Positions 1 to 7,448 of a stretch of 32,000 bases of DNA are shown here, one piece after another. The stretch comes from Halomicrobium mukohataei DSM 12286. GTDB taxonomy: Archaea > Halobacteriota > Halobacteria > Halobacteriales > Haloarculaceae. The notes under the pieces were generated by a model. It was not told where the DNA came from, searched no databases, and saw nothing but the letters and a program-made list of their open reading frames with translations. The stretch lies in assembly GCF_000023965.1 (NCBI RefSeq), contig NC_013202.1, positions 450,001-482,000 on the forward strand. The letters are read 5' to 3'. The position numbers and the translations under genes are program-made. How positions within the stretch are numbered: the stretch's first letter is position 1; each line of letters opens with the position of its first letter.

Positions 1-434
1 CCAGGTCCGTCGCAGATCGTGTACATCGAGATACGACCAACCCCTATCGTCGGTCTCGTCTTCGAGGCGCTCGGCAGCTCGGCGCACCCAGCGGTAAACA
101 GTCGATCCAGCAACGCCTATCAGAGGCTCGTCGTCGTCCTGCTGGTACGCGAGTGTCTCCGCGATGGTGACGACTTCGGACGGGACTGGCGGCTCTCTGT
201 ACTTGTCACGCTTCGCGTAGTCCTCCCAGATTCGGATGTGATCTCCTGTCGGTCCCTCCACGAGGTCCTCGGGACACACTCCGGTGATCTCCGACCGTCG
301 GAGACCAACCCGACCAGCGAGCAAGAAGGCGAGCCGCTGGTGAGGTGTCTCAGCTTCGTCGATCAACCGAGCCAATTCGTCGTCCGATAGCCACACTCGC
401 TTTCCGTCGTCGTCGTCGTAGTCCTTGAGTCTCA
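1..434 (-). CDS. Tyrosine recombinase / phage-type integrase. The N-terminal ~144 aa are visible and the C-terminus runs off the window.
   Basis: Absent from the ORF track because it is open at the window edge. Reverse translation from the ATG at 434..432 gives MRLKDYDDDDGKRVWLSDDELARLIDEAETPHQRLAFLLAGRVGLRRSEITGV...TVYRWVRRAAERL...SYLDVHDLRRTW. The box I Arg context (GLRRSE) and box II H-x-x-R (HDLRRT) are present. The catalytic Tyr would lie beyond position 1. Confidence 0.85.
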
Positions 435-791
435 TGCACTCGTTTCGCACTTCTATTGCAAAACATCTAGTTTTTTCGGTCGTCCAGGTCGTCTGAAGCT
501 CCGATGAGCGGTGAAAATGCACCAGAATGGGGGATTCTCGGGCGTTCCGAAGACAGTATTTTGAAGCGGGTAGCCGCTGGAACGACGACCAAATGATACC
601 GCAGGCTCTCATCGGTACGTCGCTGGGTCTGGTTGGAGTCGCGTCGCTGGCGTTCCTCTACCTCTGGTTCGAAGCAAAAACGATCTGACGAAGGTCCTGA
701 ACGGCTCTATGTGCCGAGAGGCGGACACGCTATCGCGCCGGTTCGGTGACCAGCGATGGGTCGCACCGCACCAGGATCTCGTTGTCGACGC

Positions 792-1025
792 TCACGACTC
801 ACCACCGCCATCGTCGACGGCGTCGGCCATCGCCTCCTGCTCGTCGGTCCCCGGCGGCGGTCGGTAGGGCAGCTTCGAGGCGACCGCTCGCCCGAAGCCC
901 TCGACGCGCTCCATCCCGTAGCGAGTCGGGACCGCCATGCCGGCCACCAGCATCAGGACCGCCAGCGCCACCGTCTGCGCGTCGGGCATCGGGAGCGCGG
1001 GCAGTGTCGACTGCAACGGGATCAC
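792..1025 (-). CDS. Hypothetical small membrane protein (provirus)
   Basis: 77-aa ORF with a hydrophobic segment (TVALAVLMLVAGMAV) and an acidic C-terminus. It has an ATGA overlap with the upstream ORF at 1022-1025. Confidence 0.5.
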   Translation of the reverse strand: MIPLQSTLPALPMPDAQTVALAVLMLVAGMAVPTRYGMERVEGFGRAVASKLPYRPPPGTDEQEAMADAVDDGGGES

Positions 1026-1234
1026 GACCCTTCACCCCCGATCGCGTCGGCGTCCACGTCGTAGGTCGGCCCCTCGTCGTGAACGCCGAAGGCCCGCAGG
1101 AGCGCCCTGAGCCGCTTGCGGTTCGACCGCGACCGCTGGGCCGTCCGACGCAGTACCTCCAACTGTGCGAGCTCGATAGCGACCAGCACGGACAGCAGTG
1201 CCGCGACCGCCCCGAGACCGATCTGGACACCCAT
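1022..1234 (-). CDS. Hypothetical small membrane protein (provirus)
   Basis: 70-aa ORF with an N-terminal TM segment (GLGAVAALLSVLVAIELA) followed by a basic stretch. It is coupled to its neighbours on both sides. Confidence 0.5.
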   Translation of the reverse strand: MGVQIGLGAVAALLSVLVAIELAQLEVLRRTAQRSRSNRKRLRALLRAFGVHDEGPTYDVDADAIGGEGS

Positions 1235-1686
1235 TAGAGCAACCCTCCGATGGCGTCCCCGGCGTCCTCGACCGTGTCGGCCGCGCCGCCGGTCGCCCAG
1301 CTAAAGCCGTTACCGGCCGCGTCACCAGCACCCTCGACCGTGTCGGCAGCGCCGCCAAGCCACCAGTCCATCCCGTCGCTGACAACGTCGCCGGTGCCGT
1401 CGGCCACGTCCGTCGCACCGTCCCAGCTATCGCCAGCAGCGCCGCCCACGTCATCCGCGGCATCCTGTGCGCCGTCAGCCACGTCGCTGCCGACGGTGAC
1501 GGCAGTGTACACGTAGTACAGTAGCCCGAGACCGATAACCACCATGAGGATCTGCCCGCCGCGAGACTCCGCGACCTGACGGGCATCGGCGCTGCCCTGC
1601 TTGGCAACATCGGCCACCTCGTCGGCGTTATCGGCGAGCGCGCCGCCGGCCGCTGCTGCCGCTGGAGCCGGACTCACCGCGACCAC
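1234..1686 (-). CDS. Hypothetical membrane protein with a Gly/Ala/Asp-rich repeat tail (provirus)
   Basis: 150-aa ORF with a GTG start and a TM segment (ILMVVIGLGLLYYVY). The motif GGAADTVE(G/D)AGDA occurs twice. At the DNA level an imperfect 24-bp repeat lies at about 1267-1290 and 1332-1355. Confidence 0.55.
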   Translation of the reverse strand: MVAVSPAPAAAAAGGALADNADEVADVAKQGSADARQVAESRGGQILMVVIGLGLLYYVYTAVTVGSDVADGAQDAADDVGGAAGDSWDGATDVADGTGDVVSDGMDWWLGGAADTVEGAGDAAGNGFSWATGGAADTVEDAGDAIGGLL

Positions 1687-2246
1687 CCCCAGATCGCGAC
1701 CAGCAGCGCGATCGCCCCAACTGTACCGACTGCCTCGATCGGCACGCCGGCCGGACCGGTCGGTGATCTGTCGTCCGATCCTGGGGAATCCGACGTGTCG
1801 GTACCGGGCGTCCCGTCGCCAGGCCAGTCGGTCGAGCCGTCCGGAGCGGTGGTCCCTCGATCCGCCTGACTGGAGTTCGGAGTGCCGTCGGTCCTGCTAT
1901 CCGGTGTGGTCACCACCGCGTCAGCAGATCCGTCGCCGTCGGTGTCCTCGACGCCCTCAGACGGGCCAACAGTCGTGTCGCTGCTGCCCTCGTTGCGGCC
2001 GGAGATGATCGTGTGATCCGAGCCGTTCGTTCCTGAGCCCGCATCTGGGTCCGGGGGCGAATAACCGTCGTCGCGCGAGTCGTCAGTCTGCCGGTCGATG
2101 AGGTCCTGTGTCTGCTCCGATCCGCGACTCGACGACGAACTGCTGTCGTCGTCGTTGTCGCCAGCCGTGTAGCTGCCGTCTCCCGCCGAGTCGATCGTAT
2201 CGTGACGATCGAGATACCGCGTCATCGCGGTGTCGTGGTCGCTCAT
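1674..2246 (-). CDS. Acidic Ser/Thr/Asp/Gly-rich protein with a C-terminal membrane anchor (provirus)
   Basis: 190-aa ORF. It is low-complexity and acidic throughout, ending in the hydrophobic tail VGTVGAIALLVAIWGWSR. Confidence 0.6.
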   Translation of the reverse strand: MSDHDTAMTRYLDRHDTIDSAGDGSYTAGDNDDDSSSSSSRGSEQTQDLIDRQTDDSRDDGYSPPDPDAGSGTNGSDHTIISGRNEGSSDTTVGPSEGVEDTDGDGSADAVVTTPDSRTDGTPNSSQADRGTTAPDGSTDWPGDGTPGTDTSDSPGSDDRSPTGPAGVPIEAVGTVGAIALLVAIWGWSR

Positions 2247-2336
2247 CGCTCGATACCTCTGGTCTGAGTGTTGTTGCTGTCGATCATGATTGTGTCATAG
2301 ATGCGCTGCCGGTAGTCGACCGGACCAGGAAGTCGG

Positions 2337-2876
2337 TCACGCGAGTGGCCCTCCGAGGTTCCCGCCACGGCCGACGCTGAGCCCTTTGAGCTTCACCGGA
2401 TCGAAATACAGTGTCGCCTCTCGATCCTGTGTCCCGATGGTCTGAGTCCCGTCCACGTCGTCGTCGTCCGCGAGCTGATACCAGACGTAGTCAACCCCAG
2501 ACCGGTCGCTGGACGCGATCACCACGAACGTCTCGTAGAGTACGTTTAGCAGCCACAGATCCGCTTCTCCGTTGTCGTCGACCCGCGCCGCCGTCGGGAA
2601 CACTCCTGCAGACTGCACCCAGACGGCGTCGCTGAGGGGCTGTCCGTCCGTATCTTTGAGCGTCACGTGTACCCGTCGGAAGTTACCCGTCGGGATCACG
2701 ATACCACGACCGGACCCGACTCTGTGAGCCGAAGCTCCGAGCCCGAACAGTCGGCGGTCGTGCCCGCCGTCCGTATCCTCGATACCGTTAGCGGTCCCCG
2801 AGAGGGCGAGCGCTCGGCGGTCGTGCCCGCCGTCCGTGAGCGTTGCCGACTGAGCCGCTCGTGTGTAGCTCGCCAT
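2337..2876 (-). CDS. Hypothetical protein with a beta-sandwich-like pattern (carboxypeptidase-regulatory-like); possible vertex or host-recognition component
   Basis: 179-aa ORF. The N-terminus has a duplicated TDGGHDRR motif, encoded by a perfect 24-bp direct repeat at 2751-2774 and 2814-2837. The segment VHVTLKDTDGQPLSDAVWVQ...DDNGEADLWLL...FVVIASS resembles CarboxypepD_reg-type sandwiches. This rests on pattern recognition only. Confidence 0.6.
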   Translation of the reverse strand: MASYTRAAQSATLTDGGHDRRALALSGTANGIEDTDGGHDRRLFGLGASAHRVGSGRGIVIPTGNFRRVHVTLKDTDGQPLSDAVWVQSAGVFPTAARVDDNGEADLWLLNVLYETFVVIASSDRSGVDYVWYQLADDDDVDGTQTIGTQDREATLYFDPVKLKGLSVGRGGNLGGPLA

Positions 2877-2882
2877 GATCGG

Positions 2883-3767
2883 TCAGTCCATGCGGAGCGC
2901 CACGCTCGCGGCGTCCCTGTTCAGGATTGTGTACAGGTCGTTCCCGTCGGCGTCTTGGATCGTGTCCCGGTGAGCGGCGTCTCCGCCGCTCCGCTCTTGG
3001 AGGACCATCTCATACCGCCCGATCACGGCGTCCGCGCCAGAGGCGTTGCGGTAGGAGCTCGATCGAGCCACGCCGTCCGTGTACGGGTAGTTGTTGTAGT
3101 TCGCGTCTGGGTTCGCGACTCCCTGTGCGTAGTGGTGCGGGCTGGATCCCGACTGTGCCATGCGGCAATCGAGAGCCACCTGTTTGATGGGGTTGTAGTC
3201 TATGGAGTCCGCCACGTGCCCGGCGACTCCGAAGATCATGTTCGCCTCGTGAGTGGCGGCGTCGTCGTAGTCCCACAGTTGCGTCACCTCCTCGAAGAAG
3301 ATCATGCCGTCGCCGTCGTTGCCGTCCGCCTCCTCTCTCTGGAAGTAGAGAGCGAACCCGGAGTCTACGTATTCCAACCAGTACGTCACGGCGTCTCCCT
3401 CTTGGATCCCGCCGCCGTCCGACTGGTGAGCCGTGATCTTACCCGTGGTCCCGTCGTTCCGGCCGATCTCCTTCAAACGATTGCCGGGATCGTTCGGGTA
3501 GCGATCGTTCCACGAGCTCGAACCGGTGTCCCAGTCCACGCCGTACTCGGGCGTGAGCCCGCGGTTATCTTGGTCCGTGTTCGGTCTGAACCGGATGTAC
3601 TCGTTGAACGGAGTGGCGATCACGAACCAGTCGTTCGTGGGAACTGAGGCGTCTCCGCCGCCGCTCGAAGTGTCCACCACGCTGTATCCGGTCATGCTCG
3701 TGACCTTATCTCTGAGTGCCGCCAGTGCTTTGCCCCACGTCGTCGCGATTGGTCCATCGAAAGTCAT
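2883..3767 (-). CDS. Hypothetical structural-type protein (provirus)
   Basis: 294-aa acidic ORF rich in Asp/Asn/Gly/Tyr/Trp. It is tightly packed, 2 nt after the upstream stop and 6 nt before the downstream start. I recognise no motif. Confidence 0.65.
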   Translation of the reverse strand: MTFDGPIATTWGKALAALRDKVTSMTGYSVVDTSSGGGDASVPTNDWFVIATPFNEYIRFRPNTDQDNRGLTPEYGVDWDTGSSSWNDRYPNDPGNRLKEIGRNDGTTGKITAHQSDGGGIQEGDAVTYWLEYVDSGFALYFQREEADGNDGDGMIFFEEVTQLWDYDDAATHEANMIFGVAGHVADSIDYNPIKQVALDCRMAQSGSSPHHYAQGVANPDANYNNYPYTDGVARSSSYRNASGADAVIGRYEMVLQERSGGDAAHRDTIQDADGNDLYTILNRDAASVALRMD

Positions 3768-3769
3768 TG

Positions 3770-4225
3770 TTACTTCAGTGCCAACACTTTCAGAGTGGTG
3801 TCGGCGTCACTCTCGGTCATCTTTCGGTACCACAGCTTTGAGGCGTTGAGTCCACCGGGTGGGCTGAGCGAAAACGGCGCTTCCGAGGCCGTCAGCGGGA
3901 TCTCGCGGTTGGTCCCGGTCTGCTGGAACGAGACCAGCACCGGCCCATCGAAGCCCCACACGGTGACCGTATCGGCGGGGAACCCCCAGTCGAGACTCTG
4001 CTGGCCGACGCCGTCGACGGCGACCGGCACCTCAGTCACGAAATACGTCGGCTCGTCGCTGGTGCTGGTCTCGCCGAGATACTGGTCGCCACGCTGGTCG
4101 AGCAACAGCGCGAGCAGGAGCCGGTCCGTGTCGCTCTCCAGCAGATCCTCGTGCCAGGAGTCGGCACCGAGACTGTATTCGGACAGCACCCGCTCGATGA
4201 CGCTGTCAGGGCCGACAGTGCTCAT
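3770..4225 (-). CDS. Hypothetical protein (provirus)
   Basis: This is the acidic C-terminal 151 aa of track ORF 3770..4531, starting at the internal ATG at 4225 (MSTVGPDSVIERVL...). The upstream 102 aa of that ORF are Arg/Cys/Thr-rich and overlap ORF 4284..4547 in another frame. Confidence 0.65.
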   Translation of the reverse strand: MSTVGPDSVIERVLSEYSLGADSWHEDLLESDTDRLLLALLLDQRGDQYLGETSTSDEPTYFVTEVPVAVDGVGQQSLDWGFPADTVTVWGFDGPVLVSFQQTGTNREIPLTASEAPFSLSPPGGLNASKLWYRKMTESDADTTLKVLALK

Positions 4226-4283
4226 TGGCTCATCACCACGTCGTTGCTGTTGTGCCGCCGTTCTGTGGCGGGTTCGTCGTGAA

Positions 4284-4547
4284 TCATATCGTACCGTCCT
4301 CCATCGCCGTGTACAGCAGCAGTACGAGCATGCACAGGGTGCTGGCCAGCAGCAGGTCGTCTCGGTTGATCGGACGCCCCCGGAGGATCTCGTCCAGCGC
4401 CGAGTCGTCCGGTCCGTACTGTTGGCCGTTTCCCTGACCAGTGCTCGTCGTCGCTGCTGCGGTGCGTGGCTCTCCGGGTTGATTGCGACCGGTGCCAGAT
4501 GCCTCTCGTCCGGTTGCATCTCGTGTAACAAGTCCGCCGGACGGCAC
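4284..4547 (-). CDS. Hypothetical small protein with a C-terminal TM segment (provirus)
   Basis: 87-aa ORF with a GTG start 4 nt after the upstream stop. It has a hydrophobic C-terminus (LLLASTLCMLVLLLY). Confidence 0.45.
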   Translation of the reverse strand: MPSGGLVTRDATGREASGTGRNQPGEPRTAAATTSTGQGNGQQYGPDDSALDEILRGRPINRDDLLLASTLCMLVLLLYTAMEDGTI

Positions 4548-4551
4548 GGCT

Positions 4552-5277
4552 CTACCTCCGTGCCGCGTCAGTCGCCACTGCCTGCTTCAGCCCGTCGATA
4601 GGACCTTCGGCTCCGCGGACGGGCAGGTCAGTGAGCGCGTTCGTTGCGACCACCTCAGTCCCCGATCCGGTCTCCGTAGCGAACGCGACCGTGTACGGGG
4701 CCGTGATGGTGAGTGCGAGCGTGAAGTCCGCCGGAACGAACGGATGGAGCGGGGACTGATCGGCGTCGACGGTGATGGGCTCTTTGCCCTGGTCCCGCCG
4801 GTGGATCATGCCCATATCCGCCGAAAAGAGAACGTCCGGCGTCCCGTTGGGTGCGACCTTTTGCAACTCCACGAGCGCCTGCGCTCCGCTCGTGTAGTAG
4901 GCCGTGAGCGTGTTGTCCGTCCCGTCGTCCGTGTAGTTGAACGAGTCTCCGGCGTAGTCGATCGAGTCGGGCTGAACCCGCTTGTCGCCCTCGTACAGGA
5001 CGAGCGAGTTGGTGACTACGCTCGAATCGATCAGTTCGTGAGACACGGAGAACGTCTCGCCGTCTCCGGCGTTTCCATCGGTCGTGAACGTCTCGCGAGC
5101 CACCAGCGACAGGTCGAACGGACGGGTTGCGTCGACGGACAGCGCCCGCTTGGGCTGGTACTCCGCGACGGTCGTGGGCTGTCCGGGCGATCCCGTCGAG
5201 AAGCTGAAGTCACCGTTCGTGATGTTGTCGCGGCTGGTGTTGGCCTCCCGAAGACGCTGCATGATCTGCTCGTTCAT
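4552..5277 (-). CDS. Putative large major capsid protein (assigned by size and position)
   Basis: 241-aa ORF lying directly after the 160-aa ORF and downstream of the ATPase. It has a beta-rich, Thr/Asp/Val-rich composition. The function is inferred only from gene order and size relative to sphaerolipoviruses. Confidence 0.45.
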   Translation of the reverse strand: MNEQIMQRLREANTSRDNITNGDFSFSTGSPGQPTTVAEYQPKRALSVDATRPFDLSLVARETFTTDGNAGDGETFSVSHELIDSSVVTNSLVLYEGDKRVQPDSIDYAGDSFNYTDDGTDNTLTAYYTSGAQALVELQKVAPNGTPDVLFSADMGMIHRRDQGKEPITVDADQSPLHPFVPADFTLALTITAPYTVAFATETGSGTEVVATNALTDLPVRGAEGPIDGLKQAVATDAARR

Positions 5278-5281
5278 GCTG

Positions 5282-5764
5282 TCAGTCCTCCGCTCGGACG
5301 GTCACGGCCTTGCGGTCGATCTCCAGACGCGAGTTGTCCCAGTCGATCTGGGTTGAAGAGTTGATAGCAACCTGCACCTCCTCGAAGTCGAGCACGATCA
5401 GGCCGTCACTCTTCAGTTCGGTCCGGGTCTGTTCTCGGTACTCCTCGTTCTGCTGTTCCTTGAGCGAGAGCGTCCGGTACTGTCGGATGTTGCTCAGTCG
5501 TTCGCTCACGATCATCGGCTGATCCCGGCTCGGGGTGTCCCACCGCAGGATCACCTCGGTGTCGCGGGGAAGGTCGTTCCCGTCGGCGTCCTTCAGCTCG
5601 GCGTAGATCGGGACGCCAGAACCGCCGTACACGTGATTGTCGATCTCGATGACGAGCCCGTCGACGGGCGACCACGTGAGGATCGTGCTGTCGGTGTCTG
5701 GGATGTTCGTCTCTTCCGTCGCGTCGACCTTCGCGCTGCCGAGATTGGTCAGGCTCTCCGACAT
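5282..5764 (-). CDS. Putative small major capsid protein (assigned by size and position)
   Basis: 160-aa ORF (MSESLTNLGSAKVDATEE...) with a 1-nt TGATG overlap with the upstream ORF. It lies 4 nt before the 241-aa ORF. The function is inferred from gene order and size only. Confidence 0.45.
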   Translation of the reverse strand: MSESLTNLGSAKVDATEETNIPDTDSTILTWSPVDGLVIEIDNHVYGGSGVPIYAELKDADGNDLPRDTEVILRWDTPSRDQPMIVSERLSNIRQYRTLSLKEQQNEEYREQTRTELKSDGLIVLDFEEVQVAINSSTQIDWDNSRLEIDRKAVTVRAED

Positions 5765-6027
5765 CAGTTACCCTCCGAGACCCGAGCGCGGAGTTCCTCC
5801 AGAACGTTGATGCCGCCGCCGATGGCGACCTTCCGGCCAGCGCCGCCGTAGAGCGCGCCGCCAGCGGCGACTGTCGCCCCGTAGGCTTCGTTCGGGAGGT
5901 CCCGTCCCATCTTGTCCTCGACTGCGTACTGCACGAGTTCCGGTGCCATGTACCCGCCGCCGATGAGGGCCACGTCCATCACGTAGTCCTCCGAGGCGAG
6001 CGTGTCGATTGCATTACTAAATTCCAT
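5764..6027 (-). CDS. Hypothetical Gly/Ala-rich small protein (provirus)
   Basis: I prefer the ATG at 6027 (MEFSNAIDTLASEDY...). The track uses a TTG at 6060. The sequence contains Gly-rich stretches (IGGGYMAP, AAGGALYGGAG, AIGGGIN). Confidence 0.55.
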   Translation of the reverse strand: MEFSNAIDTLASEDYVMDVALIGGGYMAPELVQYAVEDKMGRDLPNEAYGATVAAGGALYGGAGRKVAIGGGINVLEELRARVSEGN

Positions 6028-6110
6028 GCAATCGACCAGTACAGGCCCCAGGAGTATCAAGAACCGACGAATTGAGAACGTCCGAGAAAGCCTGAAACAG
6101 CCTCAGACAG

Positions 6111-6254
6111 TCAGAAACTGGCCATGTCCATGAGCCGGCGCACCGCCTCCGCGTTGCCCGGCTTGCTGCCCGGCTGGTTCTCCGCCATTGCCTCCTGCAT
6201 CGCATCGAATCGGTCGCTGTCGTCGCCGTACAGGGTGATTTGGGTCCGTGTCAT
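6111..6254 (-). CDS. Small ribbon-helix-helix (CopG-like) protein, 47 aa
   Basis: Below the track size cutoff. Translation is MTRTQITLYGDDSDRFDAMQEAMAENQPGSKPGNAEAVRRLMDMASF. It has a strand-helix-helix pattern and an ATGA overlap with the ATPase stop at 6251-6254. Confidence 0.5.
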   Translation of the reverse strand: MTRTQITLYGDDSDRFDAMQEAMAENQPGSKPGNAEAVRRLMDMASF

Positions 6255-7051
6255 GAGTAGCTGGGCGGGTTCAGGTCGTTGCCTTCGCTACCGTGGTGCG
6301 TTGATGCCATCGTGACGTTCTGAGTGTTGACGCGCTTCTTCTCGCCGTCGTCGTCGCTATAGATCCACTCACTACCGATCGTGTTGCCCTCGTCGTCCTC
6401 GTGCTTGCGGACCGACGTGGGCCGCTCTCGATCCGGCGGCAGTAACTCGTCTGGGACCGTGCTGGCCGGCGGACTGGTGCCCTTGTTGTGCAGGTTCTCG
6501 GGATACTCGATATAGGGCTTGACAGCGTCGAGGTCGCTGCCATCGAGCGCCCCGACCATCCACGCCTGGCACTGGGTCAGGATCGTTTTGTCGATCTCTG
6601 CGGGCCGCTGTGTGATCCAGATAGTCGACGTGCCAGCACCGCGTCCGGTGGTCGCCAGTTCCTTGATGGCCTGGGGGAGCTTCTGCTTCTGCGGCGCGAT
6701 GAAGTGCGCCTCGTCGGCCGCGATGAGCTGGTCCCGATCGAGGCGACGGAGTGCCTTCGAGATGGTCGTACACACGTCCCGCCAGCGGTCGGTGCCGAGG
6801 TGCTGTTTGTGCCGTTCCAGCACGATATAGGGGTTCTGACGGAGGAACGTCTGCCACTGCTGGACGCCCCACTGCTCCTCGACCCGCCCGACGATCAGGT
6901 GCCGGGCCAGCCCCTCCTTGACGAGTCCCCGGTACTCGGCGCAGTAGTCCAGCACGACCACCGCCTCGTACGCCATCGCGTTGCTCTCCATCCACGCCTG
7001 AGCGTGGTAGCTCTTGCCCCAGCCGCTCTGGGCGATGAACGCCAGATTCAC
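6251..7051 (-). CDS. FtsK/HerA-superfamily P-loop ATPase, putative genome-packaging ATPase
   Basis: Walker A is AQSGWGKS and Walker B is LIAADEAH. A downstream motif RGAGTSTIWITQRP is typical of this superfamily. The start is ambiguous: the track uses TTG at 7162, whereas I prefer GTG at 7051 (VNLAFIAQSGWGKS), which overlaps the stop of the zinc-ribbon ORF as GTGA. Confidence 0.8.
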   Translation of the reverse strand: MNLAFIAQSGWGKSYHAQAWMESNAMAYEAVVVLDYCAEYRGLVKEGLARHLIVGRVEEQWGVQQWQTFLRQNPYIVLERHKQHLGTDRWRDVCTTISKALRRLDRDQLIAADEAHFIAPQKQKLPQAIKELATTGRGAGTSTIWITQRPAEIDKTILTQCQAWMVGALDGSDLDAVKPYIEYPENLHNKGTSPPASTVPDELLPPDRERPTSVRKHEDDEGNTIGSEWIYSDDDGEKKRVNTQNVTMASTHHGSEGNDLNPPSYS

Positions 7052-7173
7052 CGCCGAGTCCTCCCGAGGTTCGTGAAGTCGTCGTGTCCACAGTTCGGGC
7101 AACTGCTGGGTGATAGACAGTCGGGCGGAGCCACCACCACATGACAGTTCTGGCAGGACCAAGCTTGTGTCAC
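7048..7173 (-). CDS. Small zinc-ribbon protein, 41 aa (CxxC ... CPxCG)
   Basis: Below the track cutoff as a stand-alone ORF. The GTG start at 7173 overlaps the upstream stop (GTGA). Translation is (M)TQAWSCQNCHVVVAPPDCLSPSSCPNCGHDDFTNLGRTRR. Its stop overlaps the GTG at 7051 of the ATPase. Confidence 0.5.
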   Translation of the reverse strand: MTQAWSCQNCHVVVAPPDCLSPSSCPNCGHDDFTNLGRTRR

Positions 7174-7448
7174 TGCTCGCCCTCCTCGCCGTCGCCCTCC
7201 TCGACGGGTTCGCCTTCGAGCCGGAGTGTGTCGCCGCCGGTCGTCCTGATACGTCGCTGCTCGCCGTCCCCGATCGCGTCGAGGTCCAGGTCGGTCAGGT
7301 AGGCGGAGTCGGGACGGTCGACGTTCATCTCGGTCTGGCTCGATCGGTCGCGTAGCATCTCGGCAATGAGCCACGCGATCCACACCAGGGCCAGCAGCCA
7401 GAAGCCCGCTTCGGCCCACTTCTGCATGTCGTAGGCGGATACCGTCAT
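7170..7448 (-). CDS. Hypothetical membrane protein (provirus)
   Basis: 92-aa ORF with a TM segment (GFWLLALVWIAWLIAEML) and an acidic tail. It has an ATGA overlap with the upstream gene. Confidence 0.6.
   Translation of the reverse strand: MTVSAYDMQKWAEAGFWLLALVWIAWLIAEMLRDRSSQTEMNVDRPDSAYLTDLDLDAIGDGEQRRIRTTGGDTLRLEGEPVEEGDGEEGEQ

Noticed and set aside
4226-4531. N-terminal 102 aa of track ORF 3770..4531
   Set aside because: The translation is Arg/Cys/Thr-rich and overlaps ORF 4284..4547. The internal ATG at 4225 begins a normal acidic protein.
7048-7173. Programmed frameshift fusing the zinc ribbon to the ATPase, or an ATPase pseudogene
   Set aside because: Both ORFs have their own GTG starts, placed in 4-nt GTGA overlaps, and I saw no slippery heptamer. 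Two coupled genes is the simpler reading, although a fusion cannot be excluded without data.
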